Shown: in pieces, positions 39,784 to 49,678 of the stretch
How the letters are laid out: each line of letters opens with the position of its first letter
Numbering within the stretch: the stretch's first letter is position 1
From: a virus
Lineage: Duplodnaviria > Heunggongvirae > Uroviricota > Caudoviricetes
DNA length: 64,000 nt
Direction: 5' to 3' (one strand)
Virus record (IMG/VR): IMGVR_UViG_3300027375_000001
The notes under the pieces: generated by a model
Told to the model about the DNA's origin: nothing
Seen by the model: only the letters and a program-made list of their open reading frames with translations
Databases searched by the model: none
Position numbers and translations under genes: made by a program

Positions 39784-40137
39784 TTAGTAAAGATCTTGAT
39801 CGTTGTCAAATTGATCCTTCAATTCAGATAGTAGAAATTTTTCTACTTCCGGAGTAATTTGTCCTGTGACATCTACCTCTTGTGGGTTATCACTATCATC
39901 GAAGTAATACACCCTGTCAATAGAACCATCTTGCCACTCAGGAACACTCAATGGTTCGCCACCACCACCTTCATCAGAATAAGAGGAGTATTCGACAGTA
40001 CCCTCTACATAGAAAGGACCTCCAGACATTCCAGGAATTTCCTCTACTACAAATTCATATTGCTCAGACATGCCGTTGCTTTCGTTTAGAACTTTACGAT
40101 ATTGCTCAAAGATTAATTGATTTTCACGATATTTCAT
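39784..40137 (-). CDS. hypothetical acidic protein
   Basis: 117-aa ORF, Glu/Asp-rich. Confidence 0.3.
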   Translation of the reverse strand: MKYRENQLIFEQYRKVLNESNGMSEQYEFVVEEIPGMSGGPFYVEGTVEYSSYSDEGGGGEPLSVPEWQDGSIDRVYYFDDSDNPQEVDVTGQITPEVEKFLLSELKDQFDNDQDLY

Positions 40138-40156
40138 ATACCTTTATTTAGTCCAT

Positions 40157-40696
40157 TCAATGGACTAAATCCTTTGGCCAGTGGCATATAAATCTTTTGC
40201 CCTTAGATATGGCTGCTTTCATATCGTCAATCATGAGATCTGCTTCATCGTGTCTATTATTGTCACGAAGTGCCTTCGCAATTTTGTGCGCTCGCACTCG
40301 CCCAGTGAGTTTATATTTCTTAGCCCGCTGATGGTCATCAGTAACCTGATACCCATAAATTCGAAATATATCAGCAGCAGTGTAAGGTTCTTGTTCTAAT
40401 CGCCAAATGGCATGATACTTCTTTTTATTGTCGTCCATCATATAATTCATACAATAGACACTTCGACCATCAGGACCTGTCATATTTATACGATAACGAC
40501 CAATGCCTTTTCGGTTATTGCCAGTTGTATGAAAGATGGTTCTTTGCGTAATTTCAATTGGTTCATCAGTGACCGCATCAAATACAAATGCACCCTCTGG
40601 TGCAGACACCTGCATCCCCTTTAAAATTTGCTGAGAGCAATTTTCAAGTTTGATAAAAGCCATATTAGATACTGCAAATATATACTTGCTTACCAC
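40157..40696 (-). CDS. hypothetical protein
   Basis: 179-aa ORF. Confidence 0.3.
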   Translation of the reverse strand: MVSKYIFAVSNMAFIKLENCSQQILKGMQVSAPEGAFVFDAVTDEPIEITQRTIFHTTGNNRKGIGRYRINMTGPDGRSVYCMNYMMDDNKKKYHAIWRLEQEPYTAADIFRIYGYQVTDDHQRAKKYKLTGRVRAHKIAKALRDNNRHDEADLMIDDMKAAISKGKRFICHWPKDLVH

Positions 40697-41108
40697 TGGA
40701 TCCGAATGTCTTGGTGATCATTTCGAGAACATAATCCCAGTCTCCACCACCAAGCCCACAACCAATCCGATATGGGATGTAGATATCACGATGGGCGGAC
40801 TTTTCGATCAGCTGGAATCCCTTAGCAAGGGCGATGTAATCAGTTTGTCTCGACCCCAGACCAATATTATATTGACCAAATAGATTGCAAATATGAAGTT
40901 TAGGCGCAACTTGCACCCACAAGACATCACCAAGAAGACTCTTTGATCTTCCTTCTCGTTTGACTTTTTCTTTATAGACACGAACATTGGTAGGCCATAG
41001 GCGACCAATTGCACCAGCCAACCCTCCCACGGCACCAATGCAGTTGACGGAATGAACAATTGTTCCCTCTTTAACAGTCAAGATGTTTTTATTGATTTGT
41101 GAGACCAT
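40665..41108 (-). CDS. Macro domain protein (ADP-ribose binding/processing)
   Basis: VHSVNCIGAVGGLAGAIGRLWP matches the macro N..N...GGGV.GAI pocket. The distal IPYRIGCGLGGGDW matches the second conserved loop. Confidence 0.55.
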   Translation of the reverse strand: MVSQINKNILTVKEGTIVHSVNCIGAVGGLAGAIGRLWPTNVRVYKEKVKREGRSKSLLGDVLWVQVAPKLHICNLFGQYNIGLGSRQTDYIALAKGFQLIEKSAHRDIYIPYRIGCGLGGGDWDYVLEMITKTFGSSGKQVYICSI

Positions 41109-41123
41109 GATTTAATATATTAC

Positions 41124-41648
41124 GTGCGGGTGTTGGAAGCCGCAACTGATTATATCAAACACCAAATCACAAAATGTAGTTGTCACCAGCAACACCCGAT
41201 AGTATTTTATTGCATGCCGAAAAAAGCAAAACCATTCGTGTTGGACATTGACAAAGTCAAAGCCGATCACCAAAAAGGTAAATTCCCATACAAGATTCCA
41301 TGTTCTTCATGCAACAAACTCTGCGGGAACACCTCAATGGAAATTTTTAATACTAGGATCAAATCGTACGGGAGCATCGATAAACTGTACGCCAACTATG
41401 TTTGTACAGACTGTCGAAAAAATAAGCAAATCGCCCCAATTAAAGAAAATTCAACACCAGCGATCGTATCACAAGCAAACAACAACAACCCAATTCCTAT
41501 AGAGAGCCTGGGGAGGATGCCTGATGGATCAATCAATTACTGGTTTCGACATCCATTGTACCGACTGCCAGCGGTTCAACGAAAAATGGTTGAAACGTAC
41601 GATGGGTATGTTACCTTTGTGAAAACCGGCGTCGAAGACGATAATTAA
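41124..41648 (+). CDS. Cys-rich zinc-finger protein
   Basis: Multiple CxxC pairs (CSSCNKLCGN; CTDCRKN). Confidence 0.3.
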   Translation: MRVLEAATDYIKHQITKCSCHQQHPIVFYCMPKKAKPFVLDIDKVKADHQKGKFPYKIPCSSCNKLCGNTSMEIFNTRIKSYGSIDKLYANYVCTDCRKNKQIAPIKENSTPAIVSQANNNNPIPIESLGRMPDGSINYWFRHPLYRLPAVQRKMVETYDGYVTFVKTGVEDDN

Positions 41649-41659
41649 TATATTAAGCA

Positions 41660-42031
41660 ATGAAAAAGCTATCTCAAAAGGAAAGAATGGAGATTACTCT
41701 CAGAATGTATGGGGACAAACACAAAGAATTTCGCAAATCAGATCCAACACCGAAAGAAGTAAGAGCGGCAAACATTAAAGTAGTTGTCGCACAACCCGAG
41801 TGGCAAAAAATTAGACATAGCTTTATCGGCACATGGAATAATACGCCAGAAGAAAATATTAGGACGATGCGACGGTATGTAGGTAATATGAAAGATCCCA
41901 TCAAGGTTCGCCAAGTTCTTAATTATGTTACGTCGTCAGGATTTCGCATTGGCATTATTGATCATCCTGACATTACTAAATTCAGAGAAGAGGTAAGGGA
42001 TGCTTGGAAAGAACTAAACAACAACGAATAA
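41660..42031 (+). CDS. hypothetical protein
   Basis: 123-aa ORF. Confidence 0.3.
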   Translation: MKKLSQKERMEITLRMYGDKHKEFRKSDPTPKEVRAANIKVVVAQPEWQKIRHSFIGTWNNTPEENIRTMRRYVGNMKDPIKVRQVLNYVTSSGFRIGIIDHPDITKFREEVRDAWKELNNNE

Positions 42032-42035
42032 TGAG

Positions 42036-42152
42036 ATGAATATAACACACTGGCACAACTTAATCCCACCGCCGATACTCCCACCATTTATAATTTTGCT
42101 TATCTTGGTGGTCTACAGCTGGTACTTTTACATGATCAATCTGCGATAATAT
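42036..42152 (+). CDS. small hydrophobic peptide (38 aa)
   Basis: Not in the ORF track. ATG at 42036; translation MNITHWHNLIPPPILPPFIILLILVVYSWYFYMINLR; the stop overlaps the next ATG. Confidence 0.2.
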
Positions 42153-42618
42153 GAACAAAATATCAAACGAATTGGCAACCATCAATGAGACCAATGAACA
42201 TATCAATCAAGTCCGAAATGTTCTTTATGGTTTGATAAATCAATTAAGTGGCAGAGCATTAGATCACGACAAATCAAAACTATGTTCACCAGAGTTAGAG
42301 GCATTTGCTGCAACACAAGGCGAGTTGAAAGAAGTCGAATATGGCACCCCAGAATACGACCAACTGAAAGGCAAAGTAAAACTGGCGATTGATCACCATT
42401 ACAAGAACAATAGGCATCACCCAGAACACTTCGCTGGTGGTGTAAATGATATGAATTTGGTGGATATTATTGAAATGTTCGCTGACTGGGTTGCAGCAAC
42501 TAAGCGCACAAAAAATGGGAACATTTTAACAAGCATTGAGAAAAATACCATTCGCTTTAAAATGGATGAACAGCTTACGCAAATCTTTTTGAATTCGGCT
42601 AAAGATTTTTCAGAGTAA
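42151..42618 (+). CDS. HD-domain-like phosphohydrolase (weak)
   Basis: H...HD...H..HH...D spacing (LDHDKSK; HHYKNNRHHPEH; DIIEMFAD). Confidence 0.3.
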   Translation: MNKISNELATINETNEHINQVRNVLYGLINQLSGRALDHDKSKLCSPELEAFAATQGELKEVEYGTPEYDQLKGKVKLAIDHHYKNNRHHPEHFAGGVNDMNLVDIIEMFADWVAATKRTKNGNILTSIEKNTIRFKMDEQLTQIFLNSAKDFSE

Positions 42619-42656
42619 CCACTTGATTACATACACACCGCCCGCGATATTCAATT

Positions 42657-42890
42657 ATGATTGAATTCGCAATTAAAGTCACGACGCCAGGAGGTGCTGT
42701 AATCGTTTCTCGGCTTGAGAAAATTGAACCAGAAAAATATGCCCAATTTAGATTCGATCTTCGCAAGGCGATTGGTGAAGGCAATTTTTCAGTAATCGAT
42801 GAAGATGGTGACATGGTGATTCTCCCAGAAAAAATCATGAAGGAAAGCATCGTGCAAATCGTCCAAACAAACGAAGTTAAATATTCATGA
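42657..42890 (+). CDS. hypothetical protein
   Basis: 77-aa ORF. Confidence 0.3.
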   Translation: MIEFAIKVTTPGGAVIVSRLEKIEPEKYAQFRFDLRKAIGEGNFSVIDEDGDMVILPEKIMKESIVQIVQTNEVKYS

Positions 42891-43246
42891 AGTACAAAAT
42901 TCATTGTGCAGCTACTGGCGACGAGGTTTCAGCAAGGCCTGATGTATGGGAAAAAAGATTTGAGAAAATGGGAACCACAGCCGAAGGTGCCAAATATAAC
43001 TATATCTCCAAAAAAGGCTTAAAAGAGATTAAGGAGGTTATGGTTTCAAATGATCTTAGCGCCGACAAAGCATTGGCGTATGTTCAAAATTTCCATGCTC
43101 TTTTGGAAGATCCAATCAGCACCCCCATCTGGCCTTATTACTTGAGTCTCCTTGAAGGGAAGACTCTAGTTGAAGATTTTGAGATTGAAAACAAACCAAG
43201 CAGCACCGGACACATCAAAGAACAAATTGAAACAATTGAAGTATGA
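42887..43246 (+). CDS. hypothetical protein
   Basis: 119-aa ORF with an ATGA overlap with the upstream gene. Confidence 0.3.
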   Translation: MKYKIHCAATGDEVSARPDVWEKRFEKMGTTAEGAKYNYISKKGLKEIKEVMVSNDLSADKALAYVQNFHALLEDPISTPIWPYYLSLLEGKTLVEDFEIENKPSSTGHIKEQIETIEV

Positions 43247-43500
43247 ATATTGAAACACTCAAAAGCAAAATCCAAAAATGGAATAATGGACTTGAGACAC
43301 TTGCAGAGTATCGCAAAGGATTACAACTACCGTCTAATGCTTTCAGCAAAGATGAAATTATTGGATATCAAGCAGATTATCTATCAGCATTGCGAAATGA
43401 CATTCTTGGTATTGCATATAGTTTTGATAGGGTGAATGAACTACCTTCTGATCTCGGTGAGGCAGTTAAAGAAATCAAAAATACAGCAATTGCTAGTTGA
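43243..43500 (+). CDS. hypothetical protein
   Basis: 85-aa ORF. Confidence 0.3.
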   Translation: MNIETLKSKIQKWNNGLETLAEYRKGLQLPSNAFSKDEIIGYQADYLSALRNDILGIAYSFDRVNELPSDLGEAVKEIKNTAIAS

Positions 43501-43534
43501 TATACACAGCACCACACTTTACATTAAAACACAT

Positions 43535-43756
43535 ATGAAAACACGAAAGAACCTAAATCGCCAATGGTACAATAGCAACGACGTCCGCCCCAAGACGTTC
43601 CACCTCGAGGTCGAACGAACCCCGAATGGTGGTTATCGAATTTTGGGTGCAGAGATTGTCAATGTCATTAACCAGCACGAACAAATCTGTCAGCGGATCG
43701 ACGTTAGAGACCTTGCATCTGACGTCAAGCGCAAGGGTGGAATTTACGCACTCTAA
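43535..43756 (+). CDS. hypothetical basic protein (start moved to the ATG at 43535)
   Basis: The listed ORF starts at 43436 and overlaps the previous gene. MKTRKNLNRQW begins right after that gene's stop. An intrinsic terminator follows. Confidence 0.3.
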   Translation: MKTRKNLNRQWYNSNDVRPKTFHLEVERTPNGGYRILGAEIVNVINQHEQICQRIDVRDLASDVKRKGGIYAL

Positions 43757-43777
43757 CACATACGGAAGTAAGCAAAA

Positions 43778-43807
43778 AGCCGGAGGGAGACCTCCGGCTT
43801 TTTTTGT
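43778..43807 (+). terminator. rho-independent terminator
   Basis: aaaagccggaggGAGAcctccggcttttttt: GC-rich 8-bp stem, tetraloop and T-run after the gene ending at 43756. Confidence 0.7.
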
Positions 43808-43831
43808 TGTTAAACATCAAGCACAAGCTAG

Positions 43832-44800
43832 TTGATTGCAGCACAACCCACATCCATATTAAAGAGTAATCAAACACCAAACACAAACAAACAATATATG
43901 AAGCTTAGTTATCAAAAGTCCAGCATGGTTCGTGTTTCTGAAATCAAAATTCCTGATGTGTTCTTCCGTCGGATGCACACAGGCATTGAAGTGGTTGATA
44001 AACTTTTTGGTGGTGAGGGAATCCTTCCGGGCATGGTATTCACTCTATCCGCCGCCGCAGGAGTTGGTAAGACTACGCTGATGCTTCAAATCTGCGAGGC
44101 TCTCGCCGATCAAGGATATGAAGCGGGATACGTGACTGGTGAAGAAACTACCACGATGCTCGCGTACAGCTGCCGCCGGTTGGGTTTGAAATCCGTTCAA
44201 GTATGTCACGAGACGGATGTGGAAGAAATCTGCAAGATGATGAAGCAAATGGACTTTCTGATCGTCGACAGCTTTGCTACACTTCAATTCGATGATAAGC
44301 GCATGGGAGATGCGGACGCAATTAACAAAATCGTCTCCGCAGCCAAAGAGAGCGAATGTGCGGTTGGTATCATCCTCCATCAAACCAAAAACGGAAACTT
44401 CAAAGGAAGCACTGTGATTACTCATGCGGTTGATTGTAATATCGCAATCAGCATCAATGATGAATCTGATGATCATCGAGACATCCAAACCTCGAAAAAC
44501 CGTTATGGTACCCCGTATAGTGGTGTGTTGAGAATCAGTCCAAGCGGATACGATTTGTCTGCGCTCGCTGATATGTCTGCATTCACTACCGCGTCCGCGA
44601 AATCGAAAAAATCACGCAAGGAAGACCAGATCCTTTCTATGAAGGAACCGCCGAACATTACGATCGATCGCGTGGTTCAAGAACTGAATGTCAGCGAAGC
44701 ATATGCTCGGCAGATGCTTTACAAGCTCAATAAGGAAAACAAACTCGTGAAGATCGGTTCGGGTTCGGATGCTGTTTGGAAATTCCCAATCAACAAATAA
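43832..44800 (+). CDS. RecA-superfamily ATPase, RadA/Sms-like, with a C-terminal winged-helix region
   Basis: HTGIEVVDKLFGGEGILPGMVFTLSAAAGVGKTTLMLQ matches the RadA T-G-I-x-ELD..LGGG...G + Walker A block. Confidence 0.5.
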   Translation: MIAAQPTSILKSNQTPNTNKQYMKLSYQKSSMVRVSEIKIPDVFFRRMHTGIEVVDKLFGGEGILPGMVFTLSAAAGVGKTTLMLQICEALADQGYEAGYVTGEETTTMLAYSCRRLGLKSVQVCHETDVEEICKMMKQMDFLIVDSFATLQFDDKRMGDADAINKIVSAAKESECAVGIILHQTKNGNFKGSTVITHAVDCNIAISINDESDDHRDIQTSKNRYGTPYSGVLRISPSGYDLSALADMSAFTTASAKSKKSRKEDQILSMKEPPNITIDRVVQELNVSEAYARQMLYKLNKENKLVKIGSGSDAVWKFPINK

Positions 44801-44837
44801 TGAGTGATTAAAATGTCACCACACTGTATAATATTGT

Positions 44838-45437
44838 ATGATCTCAAAGAGACCAATTTTAAAGCTCAATGCTAACTATCAACCACTAGAACCGGCTAGT
44901 TGGTCTGATATCATGGTTGGTATTTTCTCCAAATCTTTTGTCCCACTGGATATTAGCTACACCCAGAATGAGGATGGGTCGTACGATACTACGCAAATAG
45001 AATCGTTCATCGCAATCAAGGACTGGAAGCAATGGATCAAGCTACCTATTCGTCCTTGTGATGATTATGTACAAACATCCAAAGGACCAGTGCGGTTGCC
45101 CTCCATTGTGATCTGTAGCAGATTCGACCGAATGGTCATTAAGAAGGGCAAATTTCCTACTAAGCAAAACATTTTTCGGAGAGATAACTATACTTGTGCA
45201 TACACCGGAAAGAAACTACAAAAGAGTGAACTCAGTGTTGATCATATCATTCCTTCTAGCAGAGGTGGTACCAACACTTGGGATAATTTGGTCTGCTGTG
45301 ATCGCGAAGTGAATAACGCTAAAGCAGATAGGACTCCGTCTGAATGTGGGTTGAAGTTGCTATGGAAACCCACCAAACCAAAAGATGGTGTAGTATTTGA
45401 TATTTTGCGTGATGATTGGCAGATGTTCGTAAAATAA
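44838..45437 (+). CDS. HNH endonuclease
   Basis: SVDHIIPSSRGGTNTWDNLVCCDREVNNAKADR is a classic HNH (H-N-N) motif. Confidence 0.7.
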   Translation: MISKRPILKLNANYQPLEPASWSDIMVGIFSKSFVPLDISYTQNEDGSYDTTQIESFIAIKDWKQWIKLPIRPCDDYVQTSKGPVRLPSIVICSRFDRMVIKKGKFPTKQNIFRRDNYTCAYTGKKLQKSELSVDHIIPSSRGGTNTWDNLVCCDREVNNAKADRTPSECGLKLLWKPTKPKDGVVFDILRDDWQMFVK

Positions 45438-45708
45438 ATAATGTCACAATGACACAAGATCCTCGCCTCCAACAAATTCGCAAGATCAGAAAACATATCG
45501 ACAGTGACTCATTCCTGAAGTATGGTTTCTGGTATACAATACCAGACGATTACAAAATCTATAGTCAAAAAGAACAACTCTTATTCAACACATATCTGAA
45601 GTGTCGATTCTATATTCAGTATCTGTTTCGGAATATATGCAATCCATCTGCTTGGTGATGTATGATAAAAACTGTTGATTCACACATAACCCTATTTTAT
45701 ATTAATTC

Positions 45709-46500
45709 ATGGAAGTCAGACTTGTAACAAAAACAACAGGCGTCGCCGAATTCACAGACAAGAGCATCGATGAGATCCTTGTCGGGATTGCTAGAATCTC
45801 CTCTTCAAGAGAAGTCAATGAACTGTTTACGGAGCCGCACAAGCTCCTAAGGCATTGTCTCCGAGAAGGTCATTGGTCGGTATTCGCAATGGCAAACTTG
45901 GGTATCGAAATCATCACCAGCAGAGCAATCGGTCGGGAACTACTTCGTCATTGGAGTCTTCAACCACAAGAGCTCAGCCAGCGATATAAGGCAGTCTCTG
46001 AATTCGAACCAATCGAGATTAGAGCGCAATGCACTAACAATAGGCAATCATCGACGGATCTCATCAATCCAGTATTGTTTAAGAGTGCAGATGATATGTA
46101 TACAGATGAGAGTAGACATGCGTCAGAAGCGATTGAAGATCATCTCAACCAAACACGAGAGCTATACCAGGAACTCATTAAGAATGGAGTAGCGAAGGAA
46201 TGTGCACGAATGGTGATGCCAGAGGCAACACAGACAAAGATTGTCTTCAATGGCAAAGTGCGAGATTGGATTACGACACTCAACAAACGCCTATACAAGA
46301 CTACACAAAAAGAATGCCGTGAAGTAGCAGAAGCCATCCGGGATCTTTTCATTGCAGAGTGCCCTGTCATCTCAAAGATGCTTTGGAATTTCGAGGATGC
46401 CCATGATATCGAAATCCTTGAACGCCTCATCCTCGACAGATACGGTGTATATGATATGGTAAAGAAAAACAACTTCAAACGACTTAATCTGGCTGCTTGA
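45709..46500 (+). CDS. thyX: flavin-dependent thymidylate synthase
   Basis: ThyX signature RH(R/W)x7SxRY present as LRHWSLQPQELSQRY. Size (263 aa) is consistent. Confidence 0.65.
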   Translation: MEVRLVTKTTGVAEFTDKSIDEILVGIARISSSREVNELFTEPHKLLRHCLREGHWSVFAMANLGIEIITSRAIGRELLRHWSLQPQELSQRYKAVSEFEPIEIRAQCTNNRQSSTDLINPVLFKSADDMYTDESRHASEAIEDHLNQTRELYQELIKNGVAKECARMVMPEATQTKIVFNGKVRDWITTLNKRLYKTTQKECREVAEAIRDLFIAECPVISKMLWNFEDAHDIEILERLILDRYGVYDMVKKNNFKRLNLAA

Positions 46501-46501
46501 T

Positions 46502-47206
46502 ATGACAAAAGATAAAATTATTATTGCTGGAGACATTCACGGAGATGTTGGTCTTTTTGCTATTAAGCTTAAGCGAAATCAAATCGAGAATGCTCATATC
46601 ATCCATGTGGGGGATTTTGGTATTGGTTTCTTTGAGGATCATGAGTACCCAAAATTACTCAAACCACTTCACAAGTTCCTTGCTGAATCGAATAGTCACT
46701 TGTATGTCATTCGTGGAAACCATGATGACCCAGGATACTTTAATACTAGGAAGACAATAGGAGGGTATGACAATATCGAATTGCTCCCCGACTATACTGT
46801 TCTTGAATTGCTTGGTAAGAAAATTCTTCTTGTAGGCGGTGCAGTATCGATTGATCGGATTGATAGATATAATACTAGCATTCCTACTTGGTGGAAAAAT
46901 GAAACGTTCTATCTTAATGAGAATTTTGCATACGAAACATACGATGCTGTAGTAACTCATACCCGCCCCCCGATCTCGGGTCTTTTTGGTATTAATAACT
47001 TTGTCAAATCGATGATGGTGGCTGATAAAGATCTGGAACAGGATCTCAAGATTGAAAATGAAGATATGGATAAGCTGTATCAACTAACTAAACCAAAGCA
47101 TTGGTTCTTTGGTCACTTCCATGAATCAGCAACCGCATTCGTTGAGAATACCAAATTCCGCTGCGTTGATTGCCATGAAGCGTATATGTACCACTACACT
47201 GAATAA
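46502..47206 (+). CDS. calcineurin-like metallophosphoesterase
   Basis: GDxHG (IIAGDIHGD), GDxxD-like (HVGDFG) and GNH(D/E) (RGNHDDPGY) motifs. Confidence 0.6.
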   Translation: MTKDKIIIAGDIHGDVGLFAIKLKRNQIENAHIIHVGDFGIGFFEDHEYPKLLKPLHKFLAESNSHLYVIRGNHDDPGYFNTRKTIGGYDNIELLPDYTVLELLGKKILLVGGAVSIDRIDRYNTSIPTWWKNETFYLNENFAYETYDAVVTHTRPPISGLFGINNFVKSMMVADKDLEQDLKIENEDMDKLYQLTKPKHWFFGHFHESATAFVENTKFRCVDCHEAYMYHYTE

Positions 47207-47306
47207 TTATGATTGAACTAACACTGAACGTGCTCTTGCAACTATGTCCTCTGGATATTAGTATCTTCGGTCCCATCATGGATAAGATGTTGGACACGAT
47301 TTATAT

Positions 47307-47543
47307 ATGCTAAACACACTTCACAAATGGAATGCAGATACTTTGGATCGGTTAGAAGCGATTATTCAACAAATTCGCATTGACCACACAGATCCAAAAT
47401 CTGCATCCATTTGTGATCTTATTTTGTCAAATATCAAAATAGCAAAGGTGAATGATGTCGAATACTATGGAGATGATATTGAATATATTCACATGACAAA
47501 CGATCAATTAAAGAACCTCACAAATTTGCTTATTCCTAAATGA
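47307..47543 (+). CDS. hypothetical protein
   Basis: 78-aa ORF. Confidence 0.3.
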   Translation: MLNTLHKWNADTLDRLEAIIQQIRIDHTDPKSASICDLILSNIKIAKVNDVEYYGDDIEYIHMTNDQLKNLTNLLIPK

Positions 47544-48298
47544 AATCAACATTCACACTTCTTCTGTGCTCGCTTCTAATAGGTTGCAGCACAGTAAGCC
47601 CAAAACCAGAGTATCGTACACCCTCACCATCAGCGAAGGTGTACAAACCAACATCGTGGCATATTAATGATTCGAGGGATTTGAAAGAAGCAGAAAAAAC
47701 ATTAGACACAAAAGCAATTAACAAAGACGGTGTATACATTCTAGACTTGAAAGGAGGTATCTTAGATGGGACTAAGCAACGAGGAGATGGAGGACAAAGT
47801 GAAACACAGGAACCGCTATTTGTAGCAAATATCCCTCTTGTTGTTAAAAACGGATTCGTCCGAAACAATAAGAATGCGGCGATGTTTGCTAAACCAAATT
47901 CAGGTATTGAGTATGTGACATTTCTTAATGTAGGCGAAGATGCGGTCTCTACAAGCATCAAAGCAAAGAACTTCAAAGTATCTTATTGTGAATTCATGAA
48001 CAGCAACAAAGGAGATAAGTCAATTCAACTCAACCAGGCAGATGGTGCAGTGATTAACAACAACATAATCTATGGTGGTATCACTGGAGTTCGAGTTCAT
48101 GAATCGTCTTGGGCGAACAGCGATAGCTTAGCTACATGCAGTAAGAACACGTTTATTGGCACGGATACTGCATGGAATGTTTCCAAAGGAATTCTAGAAG
48201 TAAAGGATAGTAACACATACAATAATGTTCGGATTCCATTCAAAACAAGCAAGGGGGCTACCATCAAAAATGCAGATGGCAAAGTTGTTGAGGACTGA
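47540..48298 (+). CDS. lipoprotein with a parallel beta-helix (pectate-lyase-like) fold
   Basis: Lipobox LLIGC|S after a signal peptide. Repetitive N/G-rich beta-helix-like rungs (NNNIIYGGITGVRVHESSWANSD). Confidence 0.4.
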   Translation: MKSTFTLLLCSLLIGCSTVSPKPEYRTPSPSAKVYKPTSWHINDSRDLKEAEKTLDTKAINKDGVYILDLKGGILDGTKQRGDGGQSETQEPLFVANIPLVVKNGFVRNNKNAAMFAKPNSGIEYVTFLNVGEDAVSTSIKAKNFKVSYCEFMNSNKGDKSIQLNQADGAVINNNIIYGGITGVRVHESSWANSDSLATCSKNTFIGTDTAWNVSKGILEVKDSNTYNNVRIPFKTSKGATIKNADGKVVED

Positions 48299-48348
48299 GC
48301 AAACACCTGTTGATTTGAAAACAACCACAATTTATAGTAAGTAAACAT

Positions 48349-48624
48349 ATGAGCAAGCTAATTCTGATGCTAATCACTGCACTGACATTGTCAAGTTGTA
48401 ACACTATTAAACCAACAGTCGAGGGACTCGCCGACGAAGCAAAGGTCAACGGATCGATCGATGCGAAGATAGGACAGACAGATAATGGATACGGTGCATC
48501 AGTTGGTGCATCTACAAAGATTTATCGGGTCAAGCCATACTTTAATATCGGCATTGGGTTCTCATGGATTCCAAAAGCAATCACCCCTCTGCCAGAAGAT
48601 CCGCTTCCACTTCCCACCAAGTGA
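48349..48624 (+). CDS. small lipoprotein
   Basis: Signal peptide plus lipobox LTLSSC|N. Confidence 0.35.
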   Translation: MSKLILMLITALTLSSCNTIKPTVEGLADEAKVNGSIDAKIGQTDNGYGASVGASTKIYRVKPYFNIGIGFSWIPKAITPLPEDPLPLPTK

Positions 48625-48668
48625 ATTAAATGTTATAAAGACATTTGATGACAGGTGCAAATAAATAA

Positions 48669-49205
48669 ATGTTAGAACGCCTAATTGACGCCCTAATAAG
48701 TTGCTGGTATTATCTAAAGCCAGCGGTAGTTATACCTGCGTACAGCGAAGCAGTTGTATTTCGTTTAGGGAAATATCACAGAACACTCAAACCCGGAATA
48801 CACTTTAAGTTCCCCGTAATTGATGAAATACATGAGTACTACACTGTCATCACTACAATTAGTTTGCCACCCCAATCCCTTTTCATTCAAAAAAGTAAAA
48901 CAAATTTAGTTGTCAAGGGTGTTATAAAATATAAAATTGTCGATGGCAAAACATTCTTCTTAACAGCGAACGCCGCGAAGGATGCACTCGCTGATGTGAC
49001 ACAAGGTATTATTAAAAGAGTTCTTACAGAATCGAATCTAGACGAATGTTTCAGTAATACTATTGATCGGCAGCTTACAAAACATGCAGCGTCAGAAGCA
49101 AAGAAATGGGGTGTTGAGGTTCAAGCAGTTACGTTAACTGACATAGCACCTATCCGCAGCTACAGACTGTTTAATGAAACGTCTCCAGATTTCAAATATG
49201 ATTAA
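48669..49205 (+). CDS. SPFH/Band-7 (stomatin/prohibitin-like) domain protein
   Basis: N-terminal hydrophobic anchor then VVIPAYSEAVVFRLGKYHRTLKPGIHFKFPVIDEI, typical of SPFH domains. Confidence 0.55.
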   Translation: MLERLIDALISCWYYLKPAVVIPAYSEAVVFRLGKYHRTLKPGIHFKFPVIDEIHEYYTVITTISLPPQSLFIQKSKTNLVVKGVIKYKIVDGKTFFLTANAAKDALADVTQGIIKRVLTESNLDECFSNTIDRQLTKHAASEAKKWGVEVQAVTLTDIAPIRSYRLFNETSPDFKYD

Positions 49206-49210
49206 AAATT

Positions 49211-49666
49211 ATGAAGAGTATATTATTATCATTAGTGTTGGCGATATCTTCGCTGTCATGCAACGGAGCTGATATCCACATTAAGACGACTGCGTATACT
49301 CATACAGAAAAGGATCATATTAGGTACAAAAGTAAAACAGCATTAGGAACTCCTCTTGGCGTTACATCTGCTGCATCTGACTGGTCTGTCTTTCCAGCAG
49401 GAACTATTTTATTGATTGACAATAAAAGATATGTCATCACCGACTATGGGTCTGCATTGGTAAAGCCTGTTGGCGCAACGCCAGTGGTTGATATCTATCA
49501 GCCTTCAAAAAGTGCTATGCGCCGATGGGGTGTAAAGTTCTTTAATATCAAAGTGCTTAAATGGGGTAGCCTAAAAGCATCCGCAGATATCCTGAAATCA
49601 CGCCTTAGATATAGACATTGTAGAATAATGTACGAACGCATATTATCCAAGATTCGACGGAAGTAA
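49211..49666 (+). CDS. 3D-domain lipoprotein (MltA-like cell-wall-binding module)
   Basis: Lipobox SSLSC|N. TTAYT...G motif and a conserved Asp-containing core (VFPAGTILLIDNKRYVITDYGSAL) matching 3D domains. Confidence 0.45.
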   Translation: MKSILLSLVLAISSLSCNGADIHIKTTAYTHTEKDHIRYKSKTALGTPLGVTSAASDWSVFPAGTILLIDNKRYVITDYGSALVKPVGATPVVDIYQPSKSAMRRWGVKFFNIKVLKWGSLKASADILKSRLRYRHCRIMYERILSKIRRK

Positions 49667-49678
49667 GTAGTTTCTATA

